Below are positions 9,835 through 18,274 of a stretch of 60,969 nt of DNA, piece after piece (position 1 is the first letter of the stretch; each line of letters starts with the position of its first letter). The notes below the pieces were generated by a model. The model made no database searches. It was not told where the DNA came from and saw only the letters and a program-made list of their open reading frames with translations. Source of the stretch: Candidatus Moraniibacteriota bacterium (GTDB taxonomy: Bacteria; Patescibacteriota; Minisyncoccia; Moranbacterales; DUUL01); assembly GCA_041583775.1 (NCBI GenBank), contig JBFHFF010000008.1, positions 1 to 60,969 of the forward strand. Reading direction: 5' to 3'. A program made the translations under genes and the position numbers.

Positions 9835-10971
9835 CTATTTCAAAACTTTTTTATATATTTGCAATGTTTCTTTTGACATTCTTTCCCAGGAAAATTTCTT
9901 TAATTGATTAACAATTTCTTTTGAAATATGTTTTTCATCTTTGCGGTTTTCAAGCGCTTTATTAATCGCATTCTCCATTGAATCTAGGTCTTCTGGCTCA
10001 AAATAACTAACAACATCTCCCAAAATCTCTGGCATTGAAGTTTTGTTAGAAGAAACAACCATCGTATTTTTTGCCAAAGCCTCGAGTGGTGGTAGTCCAA
10101 AACCTTCATACAAAGAAGGGAAAACATAGAGCTCTGCATCCTTATATAAAACATCCAACTCAATGTCTGGAACATATCCAGGAAAAATAACTTCCGCAAA
10201 ATTCCCGTCTTTCACGAAATCTTCCAACCTTTTATAGAAAAAATCCTTTCCTCCGACTAAAACTAGTTGAAGATTGTTATTTTTATTTCTGATTCTGCTA
10301 AACACCTCTATCAATCTTTCAAGATTCTTGTGAGGATAAGCATTCCCTACATAAAGTAGATATGGTTTCATTATACCATATTTTTTCAAAATCTCATCAT
10401 CACCATTTTTATTATGAAAACACCACTGTTCACAACCTTCGTATGTAATCTCCACTTGCTCCTCTGGCACCCCAAGATTGGCAACAATATCATCTTTTGT
10501 AAACTTTGAAACAGCGATGATTTTTTTTGCTCTTTTTGCCGCACCTCGAATTGCAATTTGATATGCAAATAATTTGAAGAAGTAGAAATATTTATTCAGC
10601 GTTGTATTTTTCACAGTTGGATAGTGAAATAATATCAAATCGTGAATAGTGACAATGAATTGCTTGCAATACAAAAGCGGAACATTGAAATGGCAAAAAT
10701 GTACTAAATCTAACTTCTGAGAATATAAAAAAACAGGGAACAGAAATTGTTCTCCAAAAGAATACCAGCGAAAATCTGCCAATTTCTTGCTGAAATTGTT
10801 ATGTTTTGGTTGATATAAATCGAAATTATTTTTCCTTAAAAAAACTACATATTGTCGCTTTTTATTTCCTCCATCGACTTTTTCCAAATATTCAACTAAT
10901 TTTTGCGCATATCTACCGAGACCCTTGCCCCCCGGTCCATAGAAACGCGCATCAATTCCAATTTTTTTCAT
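9835..10971 (-). CDS. Glycosyltransferase family 4 (GT-B)
   Basis: C-terminal EGFGLPPLEALA motif. The track ORF begins at a TTG (11001). ATG 10971 gives MKKIGIDARFYG, matching the neighbouring paralog start MKIGIDIR. Confidence 0.85.
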   Translation of the reverse strand: MKKIGIDARFYGPGGKGLGRYAQKLVEYLEKVDGGNKKRQYVVFLRKNNFDLYQPKHNNFSKKLADFRWYSFGEQFLFPVFLYSQKLDLVHFCHFNVPLLYCKQFIVTIHDLILFHYPTVKNTTLNKYFYFFKLFAYQIAIRGAAKRAKKIIAVSKFTKDDIVANLGVPEEQVEITYEGCEQWCFHNKNGDDEILKKYGIMKPYLLYVGNAYPHKNLERLIEVFSRIRNKNNNLQLVLVGGKDFFYKRLEDFVKDGNFAEVIFPGYVPDIELDVLYKDAELYVFPSLYEGFGLPPLEALAKNTMVVSSNKTSMPEILGDVVSYFEPEDLDSMENAINKALENRKDEKHISKEIVNQLKKFSWERMSKETLQIYKKVLK

Positions 10972-11008
10972 TTTTGATTTTCTTTGTGATTTTTCCAACA
11001 ACTATTTA

Positions 11009-12163
11009 CTAGAATTTCAAATAGGGAAGCATTTTTTCTCTTGAATATCTCCTCTTAATTTTCTCACTGTGTTTCTTTCCCTTTTGGATAAAGTCATTAT
11101 ACAATACTTTGTCTTCCAGAAAAAGGCTCATTGCCATTGAAATTTCCGCTGGGCGATATGGGTCGATCAAAATTGCTGCATCTTGGACAACTTCGGGAAG
11201 AGATGAACAATTTGAAGTGATGACTGGAACACCGCTTGCCATAGCTTCTATTGGGGGGAATCCAAACCCTTCAAAAAATGAGGGATAAACAAAAATCTTT
11301 GCTAATTTATAGACAATAACCTTGTCTTCACAGCTCACAAAACCTGTAAGTAAAATGTCTTCTTTGTTTGGGCTAGAGTCAACTGCTTGAATGATTTTTT
11401 CATATGACCAACCCATACTTCCTGCAATTACCAACTTCAAATTTTCATATGTCCTTCCATTTCCGCTTCTTTTTAAATGCTCAAAGGCTTTAATAAGGGA
11501 GATAATGTTCTTTCGTGGCTCAATTGTGCCTAGAAATAGAACAAATTCGTCTGGCAAATTATATTTTCTAATCATTTTCAAAGTATTGACGCTGGAAACA
11601 TTTGGCTCGCTAAAGCTTTTGATGTCCAATCGTGGATGCAAAATCTCGATTTTGTTTTTCTGAATACCATAGAGCATCACCAGATCTTCTTTTGTTGATT
11701 TTGAAACAGCAAGAATTCTATCAGCCCTCTTGCAAAGTTCTCTTGAATTCACAATAAAGTGCCACAACCTTCTTTTGCGAGAAAAATATTCTGGAAATCT
11801 TTCAAATGAAAGATCGTGAATAGTCAAGACGAATTTACATTTTTTTGAAAGTGCCAAAAAAGAAATGTTCGGGGCAAAAAAAACATCGACACCACCAAGT
11901 AGGATATCAATCTTTGGCCAACGAAAAAACCAAATCAAAAAATTTAAAAGTTTATTTGGGAAACCAAAGTCTCTAACTTCAACATTTGGATATTTTTCCA
12001 ACCAAGAAAGGTCTTCTTTTACTTTTTTAAAAGAGTTAATAAAAAGCAGATATTCATTCTCTGAATCTTGCTTGAAAAGTCGTTTCAAAAAACCGATTGT
12101 ATATTCTTCAACACCAGTCCTATTCCCCCCTGCTAAACATCTAATATCAATTCCGATTTTCAT
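11009..12163 (-). CDS. Glycosyltransferase family 4 (GT-B)
   Basis: EGFGFPPIEAMASGVPVI motif. 384 aa. Confidence 0.85.
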   Translation of the reverse strand: MKIGIDIRCLAGGNRTGVEEYTIGFLKRLFKQDSENEYLLFINSFKKVKEDLSWLEKYPNVEVRDFGFPNKLLNFLIWFFRWPKIDILLGGVDVFFAPNISFLALSKKCKFVLTIHDLSFERFPEYFSRKRRLWHFIVNSRELCKRADRILAVSKSTKEDLVMLYGIQKNKIEILHPRLDIKSFSEPNVSSVNTLKMIRKYNLPDEFVLFLGTIEPRKNIISLIKAFEHLKRSGNGRTYENLKLVIAGSMGWSYEKIIQAVDSSPNKEDILLTGFVSCEDKVIVYKLAKIFVYPSFFEGFGFPPIEAMASGVPVITSNCSSLPEVVQDAAILIDPYRPAEISMAMSLFLEDKVLYNDFIQKGKKHSEKIKRRYSREKMLPYLKF

Positions 12164-12170
12164 AAAATAT

Positions 12171-12779
12171 TCATTCTAAATATCTTCTCAGCATCACGCC
12201 GAAAGAGGCAATAAAAAAACCACTACCGATCAAAATGATCAATAATGGAACTATGGAAATCTTGGTATCTGCGATGGTTGGGCCATTAAAAACAAGCTTA
12301 AATCTATTTTGTTTATTAAACCCTCCGTTAAACTCCGCCACTTTTTCAGCAAGAACTTTTTTTGTTGCTGAAAAAATTGGTGCAACTTCTTTCCTGTCTG
12401 ATACCAAAAAACTAACTTTCAAATAGCTATTTGCCAATTTTTCTGCTCTAAAATCCGTTTTGAAATCATAATTTTTGAAATCATCATTTTCTTTTTGCGC
12501 CACAAGCTCAATCTGATTCACAATTGCCCTATCCCCAAACCATTGTACAATTGTTTTTCCAAAACGGTCATCTGCTTCCAAACGATAGAATTGATCATAG
12601 TCATATTCTTGAACTCCTTCTGCTTGAACATCTCTGGTGATGTCAATTGAAAATGTTGCTTTGTGTTTTTGTGAAAATAAAGAAGCTACCAAAAGACCAA
12701 TCAAAATCACACTCCCCCAAACAATAATAAATGTTGTTCGATATTTTGATAAAACTTTTAGATATTCTTTTAGTTCCAT
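12171..12779 (-). CDS. Wzz-like polysaccharide chain-length determinant / co-polymerase (short form)
   Basis: N-terminus MELKEYLKVLSKYRTTFIIVWGSVILIGLLVA followed by a TM, a periplasmic-type middle and a C-terminal TM (IVPLLIILIGSGFFIASFGVML). This is the typical Wzz topology. Confidence 0.6.
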   Translation of the reverse strand: MELKEYLKVLSKYRTTFIIVWGSVILIGLLVASLFSQKHKATFSIDITRDVQAEGVQEYDYDQFYRLEADDRFGKTIVQWFGDRAIVNQIELVAQKENDDFKNYDFKTDFRAEKLANSYLKVSFLVSDRKEVAPIFSATKKVLAEKVAEFNGGFNKQNRFKLVFNGPTIADTKISIVPLLIILIGSGFFIASFGVMLRRYLE

Positions 12780-12905
12780 AATTTTGCGTTTTTGAAAATC
12801 ACAATAAGAATTTATTTCAACAGAATAAATCAGTCTCTTTTACTTGCAAGATAATATTCCTTTCTAACATATTCGAACCAAAAGGTCAACAAAAATCAAA
12901 GAAAA

Positions 12906-12935
12906 AAGGCACCCGCAACTTAGCACGAGTGCCTT
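12906..12935. terminator. Intrinsic terminator downstream of the 12956-13999 gene
   Basis: AAGGCAC-N16-GTGCCTT hairpin flanked by A-run and T-run. Confidence 0.6.
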
Positions 12936-12955
12936 CATTTTTTCAGAAAACTCAC

Positions 12956-13999
12956 TTAGACCTTACTGGCCCTCCTTTTTGCAATTGAAGTTACAGCTCT
13001 TTGGAGAACAACCCTCACAGTTTCTTCTGTGAAAGGATATTCCAAGAAACTGGAAACTCTCTTGGAAATCTTCCATAAACTGAGCGGGAGAACTATGTCC
13101 ATAAAGACTATTTCCATTGATGGTTTAATGGTATTGATTGAAATGACCTCGTGCAATCTACGGAAATCAACATCAACCAATTTTTCCACTGACTTTTGAT
13201 ACCTATACAAGAAGTCGGACTTGCTTTCTATTCCTTGTCTTCTTTTCACTTTTTTTCTGGTACTTCTTTTTCTTCTTGATGAAACAACTTTTTCTGGTTC
13301 TGAAAATACCTCCTGAACTCCCAAAAAAACAATATCCGCAGCACGAACAGCTTTTGTATCTATGTTCTCCAAGACAAGCACGGAAGATTCTGTTCCAAGG
13401 TGCTTTTCGAGAATGTCTTTAAGTCTAACGGCCTCCAGACTTCTTTTTTCAAGCCAATTTGGTAAACAGATATGAACACAAAGAGGGGGTGTTGTTATTA
13501 TTTTCTTTTTCCTAGCCCTTCTTTCCATATTCGGTCTCATTACAAGCGGCCTTGAAAGAAACTGTTTGCCAGAGTTGAATAAATCGACCATTGCCTTAAC
13601 TAGCTTGTTTAAGCTTACTATGTTAGAAAAAATTTGCCTTCTTCTTTCTGGAGATCTTGGGAGAAAAAAAGCCTTCTTTTTTCTATTACAAGAACTTAAA
13701 AGTTCTTTACGTACTTGCATACAAAGTCGTTTATCTTTCCCTCCGGAAACGACCATCCCATCGAGCACGATATAATCTCCTTTCTCAAGAAGCGTGTGGA
13801 CATCGACTGATTCATCTAAAAAAAAGAATTGGCACTTACAAAAATCTTCATCCCCAGCAATCGCCTTAAACGAATCAAGGAAATTACTTCTATGAACACT
13901 CTCCTTGAAAGTAGAAGATAAAAGAATAATTCTTTTTTTTGATATTTTTTGGTAATTCAATGGATTTATTGTTTTTTTCTTCCCAGTCTCTTTCAACAT
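12956..13999 (-). CDS. Hypothetical protein, very basic, no recognised domain
   Basis: 347-aa ORF with a G-rich RBS (GGGGAGAA) abutting the ATG. Lys/Arg-rich linkers (RRARKKK, RRKRSTRKKVKRRQ) lie between beta-alpha-like hydrophobic runs. Confidence 0.6.
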   Translation of the reverse strand: MLKETGKKKTINPLNYQKISKKRIILLSSTFKESVHRSNFLDSFKAIAGDEDFCKCQFFFLDESVDVHTLLEKGDYIVLDGMVVSGGKDKRLCMQVRKELLSSCNRKKKAFFLPRSPERRRQIFSNIVSLNKLVKAMVDLFNSGKQFLSRPLVMRPNMERRARKKKIITTPPLCVHICLPNWLEKRSLEAVRLKDILEKHLGTESSVLVLENIDTKAVRAADIVFLGVQEVFSEPEKVVSSRRKRSTRKKVKRRQGIESKSDFLYRYQKSVEKLVDVDFRRLHEVISINTIKPSMEIVFMDIVLPLSLWKISKRVSSFLEYPFTEETVRVVLQRAVTSIAKRRASKV

Positions 14000-14053
14000 T
14001 TCTCCCCGTCGCTCCCTTTTGGTTAAATATTTTGCCCAAAGCTTCAGGTGAAA

Positions 14054-14482
14054 TCAAACTCCTTTGATTTCAGAAGCAATCCGGCAAATTTCCAGCGCAA
14101 CACCCTCAAATGATACCGAAAAATGATTAGCGATATCAAAAAAATTTTTATTACCAATTCTTCCTTTGTGATTGCCGACGACAATCACTCGGTAAAGTCC
14201 AATTATGCGCTTTTTTAGGCGAAAGACTCTTTTTGCATTCGGGCCTCCGTTCAGAATCACAATAATTCTGACTGCAGTCCTCCTGGGATTGCAAGGTATG
14301 ATGTTCTTATATGTCCTACGGAATTTCAATCCCTTACCAGCAGAAAGCTGATTTATTTTTACCTGACAATGAGCCATCGCCTGAGTCAACTCACTGCTTT
14401 CCCTGGTATCAACCACCAGGACTTCAGTCACTCTCATCATGCTTTTTTGACGATTTTTTACATCTGCACTCTTCTTTGTCAT
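14054..14482 (-). CDS. Hypothetical protein
   Basis: 142-aa ORF. AGGAGG lies 8 nt upstream of the ATG (rc of 14491-14496). It sits immediately upstream of 12956-13999 on the same strand, so a likely two-gene operon. Confidence 0.6.
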   Translation of the reverse strand: MTKKSADVKNRQKSMMRVTEVLVVDTRESSELTQAMAHCQVKINQLSAGKGLKFRRTYKNIIPCNPRRTAVRIIVILNGGPNAKRVFRLKKRIIGLYRVIVVGNHKGRIGNKNFFDIANHFSVSFEGVALEICRIASEIKGV

Positions 14483-14724
14483 CTTCTTATCCTCCTGAAA
14501 GTTTTGATGTTTCCTTGAAAAAATTTGATAGGAACTAAATAACTTATCCTCAAGTTATTTGAATAATAATACCCATCATTTCAATGTTTGTCAATGATAA
14601 TCCTTTACAATTGTTCAAAAATGTGCTATTACTTTATGTTAGGTGGAAAACTGCCTACCGAAGTTTATTGACAATCACAGTGTCACAAAAAGTGACATCA
14701 AAAGAAAAAAAACGGGAGAGAGAA

Positions 14725-15222
14725 ATGGAAAATAATACTGCGAAAAGCCAACAGATGGAAACAGCAATAGTTCAATTATTAACGATTGATGAGACAATCG
14801 AGAAAATAGAAAAACTCAAAACCTACCCTGGTAATATTGCCAATCTGCTCTTTGGGGCAGATGACCCGGAAGATGCCTTATTCTTTCAATACATAGCGAA
14901 AGTTTCGGGCCCTGGCAGATGGGAAGTCGACACAATGTTCCTAAACAAAGTCGCAAGGTCGGCCGTAGTAACAACTTTTGAGGAACAAGCTGGGCGTAAA
15001 AAAGTCCTTTCCTACAGGATTTTCACTGCAATAAAATATTGCGGAATCGCAGCGACTGAGGACATTGAGTGCCCCGAAAGGCCTCAGATGTATGACCTTG
15101 CTTTCAAGGCACAGATTAAAAAAACGGGTGACAACACCCTCACTCTCCATCTTTCGGCAAAAGATATCTCCTATGAGACATCCTATGAAAAGACGCTTAG
15201 GTTTATTTTCATATGGAAATAG
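14725..15222 (+). CDS. Hypothetical protein
   Basis: The track ORF starts at 14584, but ATG 14725 (MENNTAKSQQ...) is preceded by GGGAGAGAG at 14714-14722. Followed by a terminator. Confidence 0.6.
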   Translation: MENNTAKSQQMETAIVQLLTIDETIEKIEKLKTYPGNIANLLFGADDPEDALFFQYIAKVSGPGRWEVDTMFLNKVARSAVVTTFEEQAGRKKVLSYRIFTAIKYCGIAATEDIECPERPQMYDLAFKAQIKKTGDNTLTLHLSAKDISYETSYEKTLRFIFIWK

Positions 15223-15251
15223 CACGAAAAACTCGGGCTAATAAAAAAACG

Positions 15252-15290
15252 AAAACCACCACATCAGAACACTGATGGAGGTGGTTTTTT
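15252..15290 (+). terminator. Intrinsic terminator
   Basis: AAACCACCACATCAG...CTGATGGAGGTGGTTTTTTT hairpin plus T-run. Confidence 0.65.
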
Positions 15291-15408
15291 TATTTTATTT
15301 AATTGATATTTTAAATAGGAATATTCAGATAATGAAGGTCTTGCGGTGTTTACCAATATATGATACAATTTATTCATATGAATTTGTAATTATTAGTCTC
15401 AAATTTAA

Positions 15409-15969
15409 ATGAATGTACTAACTAAAAAATCCATCGGAACATTTGTTGTTTTGTTGATGCTTGCAAGTGGAATTGCTTATTCCACCACTTCAGCCGAAGC
15501 AAAGAAAGAAGTGATGGATAAAATCACCGCTAAGACTTATTCTGGTATTGTACAGGATTTTTCTCGCAATAAACTGACCATCAAAACTCATGACGGGAAA
15601 ACTGTTCACCTAAAAACTGACAAAAATACAAAATTCAATGATGATATCAGTGAAGATGATGACATTGATATAGTTACCAGTGGAGATGGTAAGAAAGCCA
15701 AGAATTGTAAAAAGCACGACAAGCCCCGTTATGGACATGACAACCGAGACAATGACCACAACAATCGCGACCATGACAAAGACAAGGGAAAGAAAAATGG
15801 ATATGATGATGGATACAAAGACGGACGCGACAACAAGGGTGACCACCAAGACAATGACGACTACAAAAATGGTCACAGCAATGATTACAAAGATGGATAC
15901 AAAAAAGGTTACGAAGATGGATATAAGAAAGGTCAAGAAGATTACCAAAAAGAACACGGCAACAACTAA
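15409..15969 (+). CDS. Secreted low-complexity protein (signal peptide, then a D/N/K/G/H/Y-rich repetitive tail)
   Basis: MNVLTKKSIGTFVVLLMLASGIAYSTTSAEA signal peptide. The C-terminal 90 aa are DNRDNDHNNRDHDKDKGKKNGYDDGYKDGRDNKGDHQDNDDYKNGHSNDYKDGYKKGYEDGYKKG. Confidence 0.65.
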   Translation: MNVLTKKSIGTFVVLLMLASGIAYSTTSAEAKKEVMDKITAKTYSGIVQDFSRNKLTIKTHDGKTVHLKTDKNTKFNDDISEDDDIDIVTSGDGKKAKNCKKHDKPRYGHDNRDNDHNNRDHDKDKGKKNGYDDGYKDGRDNKGDHQDNDDYKNGHSNDYKDGYKKGYEDGYKKGQEDYQKEHGNN

Positions 15970-15994
15970 AACCAAAAAGAAGCTTTAGTAATTA

Positions 15995-16024
15995 AAAAAG
16001 TCCCCACTTGGGGGACTTTTTTTG
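15995..16024. terminator. Bidirectional intrinsic terminator
   Basis: AAAAAAGTCCCC-ACTT-GGGGGACTTTTTTT. Confidence 0.75.
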
Positions 16025-16061
16025 TGACCGATTTAATTTTAATTTTCCCAAAAAACAATAG

Positions 16062-17723
16062 CTATTTCTTGATCTTGAATAGTGCAATTGAATCGGAGTC
16101 GAAGATATTTTCAAAATAATGAGAGTTCCAAAGACCGGAGAATTGCTCCCAGTCGTCTGTCTTGGCGATTGCGATATCAGTCACCCCTTTGCTTATCCAA
16201 AAGGCACGCTCATCTGGAATCGTCTCAAGTGTCAGCTCTGCGACATGCTCATCATAGACATTCTTTTGAGATGAAAGCATTAAAAGATTATCAAAATCTA
16301 GCCCAGTGATCATCTCTTTGGAGAAAAAGGCTGTGGCGGGATTGCCCACAATCTCTCCCCCAGCGAAGTTCAACCTGATATACATATGCCAAGGCAAAAA
16401 CAAAACTTTTTGCGTTTCGCTGTCGGCACTCAACACTTCTTCGGCCTCGTACCATCCGTTTGGATAGGAATATGGCGCAACTTGTCCATATGCTCCAAAG
16501 AGCATGGTACCAGACCACAGAAACGGGATCAGTGCAACCAAGCTTGGTGCCAGCCAGCGCCAACTTTTCTCTTTTTTGGCGGACGCTTTTTTGCCAAGAT
16601 ATAGCAGCGTGCTTGAGACTCCGAGTGGTGTGAAAAAAGCATAGGCAAAAGCAATCAAACCAGAAATTTTCTCGGTGTCACGCAACCCACGAAAAAATGG
16701 AACAAATTTGAAAAGAAAATCAATAACAGGTTCCGTGAATGAACTACCATAACCAACCGAAAGGAAAAGTGCCGGGATAAAGATAATAGCAATTGCCAAG
16801 GCCAATGTGTTGCCACGACGAATTTGCAGATATGCTCCAAAAATAGAAAACATCATCACAACAAGCGCAATCACCCACCACCATGAGAAGAAATCTTTGA
16901 ACTGCAAAAAACTGCTACTCCAAAAACCATAGAGCGAAAGAACATTGAACCAAATGCCAAATTCTGGATCGCCAATGGTGGAGAAAGCACGAAAATCATT
17001 TAGCGTGATAGCGGAAAAGGTTTTGCCAGCATCAAAAAATCCAATCAACCAAAAACTATTTATCACAAAAAACATCACTAAAAACACCAAAAACTTTTTA
17101 AAGAATTCTCTCAAATCTATAAGCTCTCTAACTTGATGAACTTTATAAGTCTTGATCTCCAAAATACCATAAACAAACAAAAATCCCGAAGCGATATACA
17201 CCCAGTGCAAACTGATGATTGGATAGAGTGAGAAAGCCAAAGCAAAAACAAGAAAATTTCGCCAAGTTCGAGTCTCAAAATAGTGATTCAAAAGCAAAAC
17301 GCTGATTGGAAAAAATCCATATCCCAGCAAAACAATCCAATGCCCAATTATAAAACGGTCATAGACATATGGATTCAACGCATAGAGCATCCCTGCTCCC
17401 ACAGCCAATGACTGAGGCATATAGCGCAAGGCTAAGCGATACATTGCCACTCCTGGCAAAAATAAAACCCCTGTCAAAACAATTTTTTGCAAAACTTCCA
17501 CAGAGAAAAGGAAGCTGAAGAAATAAAGTACCATCCGAACTGGAAAACTCGATCCGATTCCATCTCGGATGATGTCAGAAAAGTCAGTCCCTGGTCCCCA
17601 AACCATATCAACCAAAAAAACAAACCCTGATTTATACAAAGGTGCCATGATTAACATCGCCAAGAGCAAAAAGATTGCGATTGGATAGTGTTTTTTTGAA
17701 AGTATTTTCAGATGATTGTGCAT
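16062..17723 (-). CDS. Polytopic membrane protein, GT-C-like glycosyltransferase candidate
   Basis: 553 aa with ~12-14 TM helices followed by a ~130-aa soluble C-terminal domain. Sits in the glycan locus. Its ATG overlaps the upstream stop (TAATG at 17721-17725). The family call is by architecture only. Confidence 0.45.
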   Translation of the reverse strand: MHNHLKILSKKHYPIAIFLLLAMLIMAPLYKSGFVFLVDMVWGPGTDFSDIIRDGIGSSFPVRMVLYFFSFLFSVEVLQKIVLTGVLFLPGVAMYRLALRYMPQSLAVGAGMLYALNPYVYDRFIIGHWIVLLGYGFFPISVLLLNHYFETRTWRNFLVFALAFSLYPIISLHWVYIASGFLFVYGILEIKTYKVHQVRELIDLREFFKKFLVFLVMFFVINSFWLIGFFDAGKTFSAITLNDFRAFSTIGDPEFGIWFNVLSLYGFWSSSFLQFKDFFSWWWVIALVVMMFSIFGAYLQIRRGNTLALAIAIIFIPALFLSVGYGSSFTEPVIDFLFKFVPFFRGLRDTEKISGLIAFAYAFFTPLGVSSTLLYLGKKASAKKEKSWRWLAPSLVALIPFLWSGTMLFGAYGQVAPYSYPNGWYEAEEVLSADSETQKVLFLPWHMYIRLNFAGGEIVGNPATAFFSKEMITGLDFDNLLMLSSQKNVYDEHVAELTLETIPDERAFWISKGVTDIAIAKTDDWEQFSGLWNSHYFENIFDSDSIALFKIKK

Positions 17724-18235
17724 TATTTTTCGAATTTTATCGATTTCATCGACTCCTCAACTTCTTTCACGCCTCTTCTCTTTCTTCTTCCGACTTCTTT
17801 CGACTTTATAGATACCAAGGTCTTCGACGGGGTAAACTTTCGGCTTTCCATCTTAAATTCAATCATCTGCTTTGCCACTCCAATCACCAAAAAGAAATAG
17901 ACCCAGACTGCAACTTTTTCATCCCATCCGACAACAAAGCTTGTGCCCCGATTGGACATTGCGTTTAGAATTGCAACTATTATTAGTCCTACTAGAGCTG
18001 CTCCGATAGAAATTCGTGAGTCCAAGTTCCAAAAAACCAACACAAAGAAAAACAACCAAAAGAAAACTCCTTCAAAGGTGAAGTTTGCAAAGTGAAAAAG
18101 TCCAAAAGCAATGACAACAAAAAGCACTCCCCCAACCACGTCTCGCTTGGTGGATTTTTTGACAACAAAAAACAACTTGCGGAAGAGTTTCCACGCGTCT
18201 TTTGGCGTAAAAATGTAGTCTTTTAGTTTGAACAT
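17723..18235 (-). CDS. Small membrane protein (about 4 TM) with a basic C-terminal tail
   Basis: 170-aa ORF, translationally coupled to 16062-17723. Confidence 0.55.
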   Translation of the reverse strand: MFKLKDYIFTPKDAWKLFRKLFFVVKKSTKRDVVGGVLFVVIAFGLFHFANFTFEGVFFWLFFFVLVFWNLDSRISIGAALVGLIIVAILNAMSNRGTSFVVGWDEKVAVWVYFFLVIGVAKQMIEFKMESRKFTPSKTLVSIKSKEVGRRKRRGVKEVEESMKSIKFEK

Positions 18236-18274
18236 GAGTTTGGTCTGTGGAATTAAATACTATGTAATTAGAAA

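Noticed and set aside
15610-15988. Two overlapping ORFs (15610-15975 minus, 15680-15988 plus) within the low-complexity tail of 15409-15969.
   Set aside because: They are products of the purine-rich repeat read in other frames (V/I/F-only and T/M/K-only translations). The frame with the signal peptide, RBS context and terminator is the credible one.
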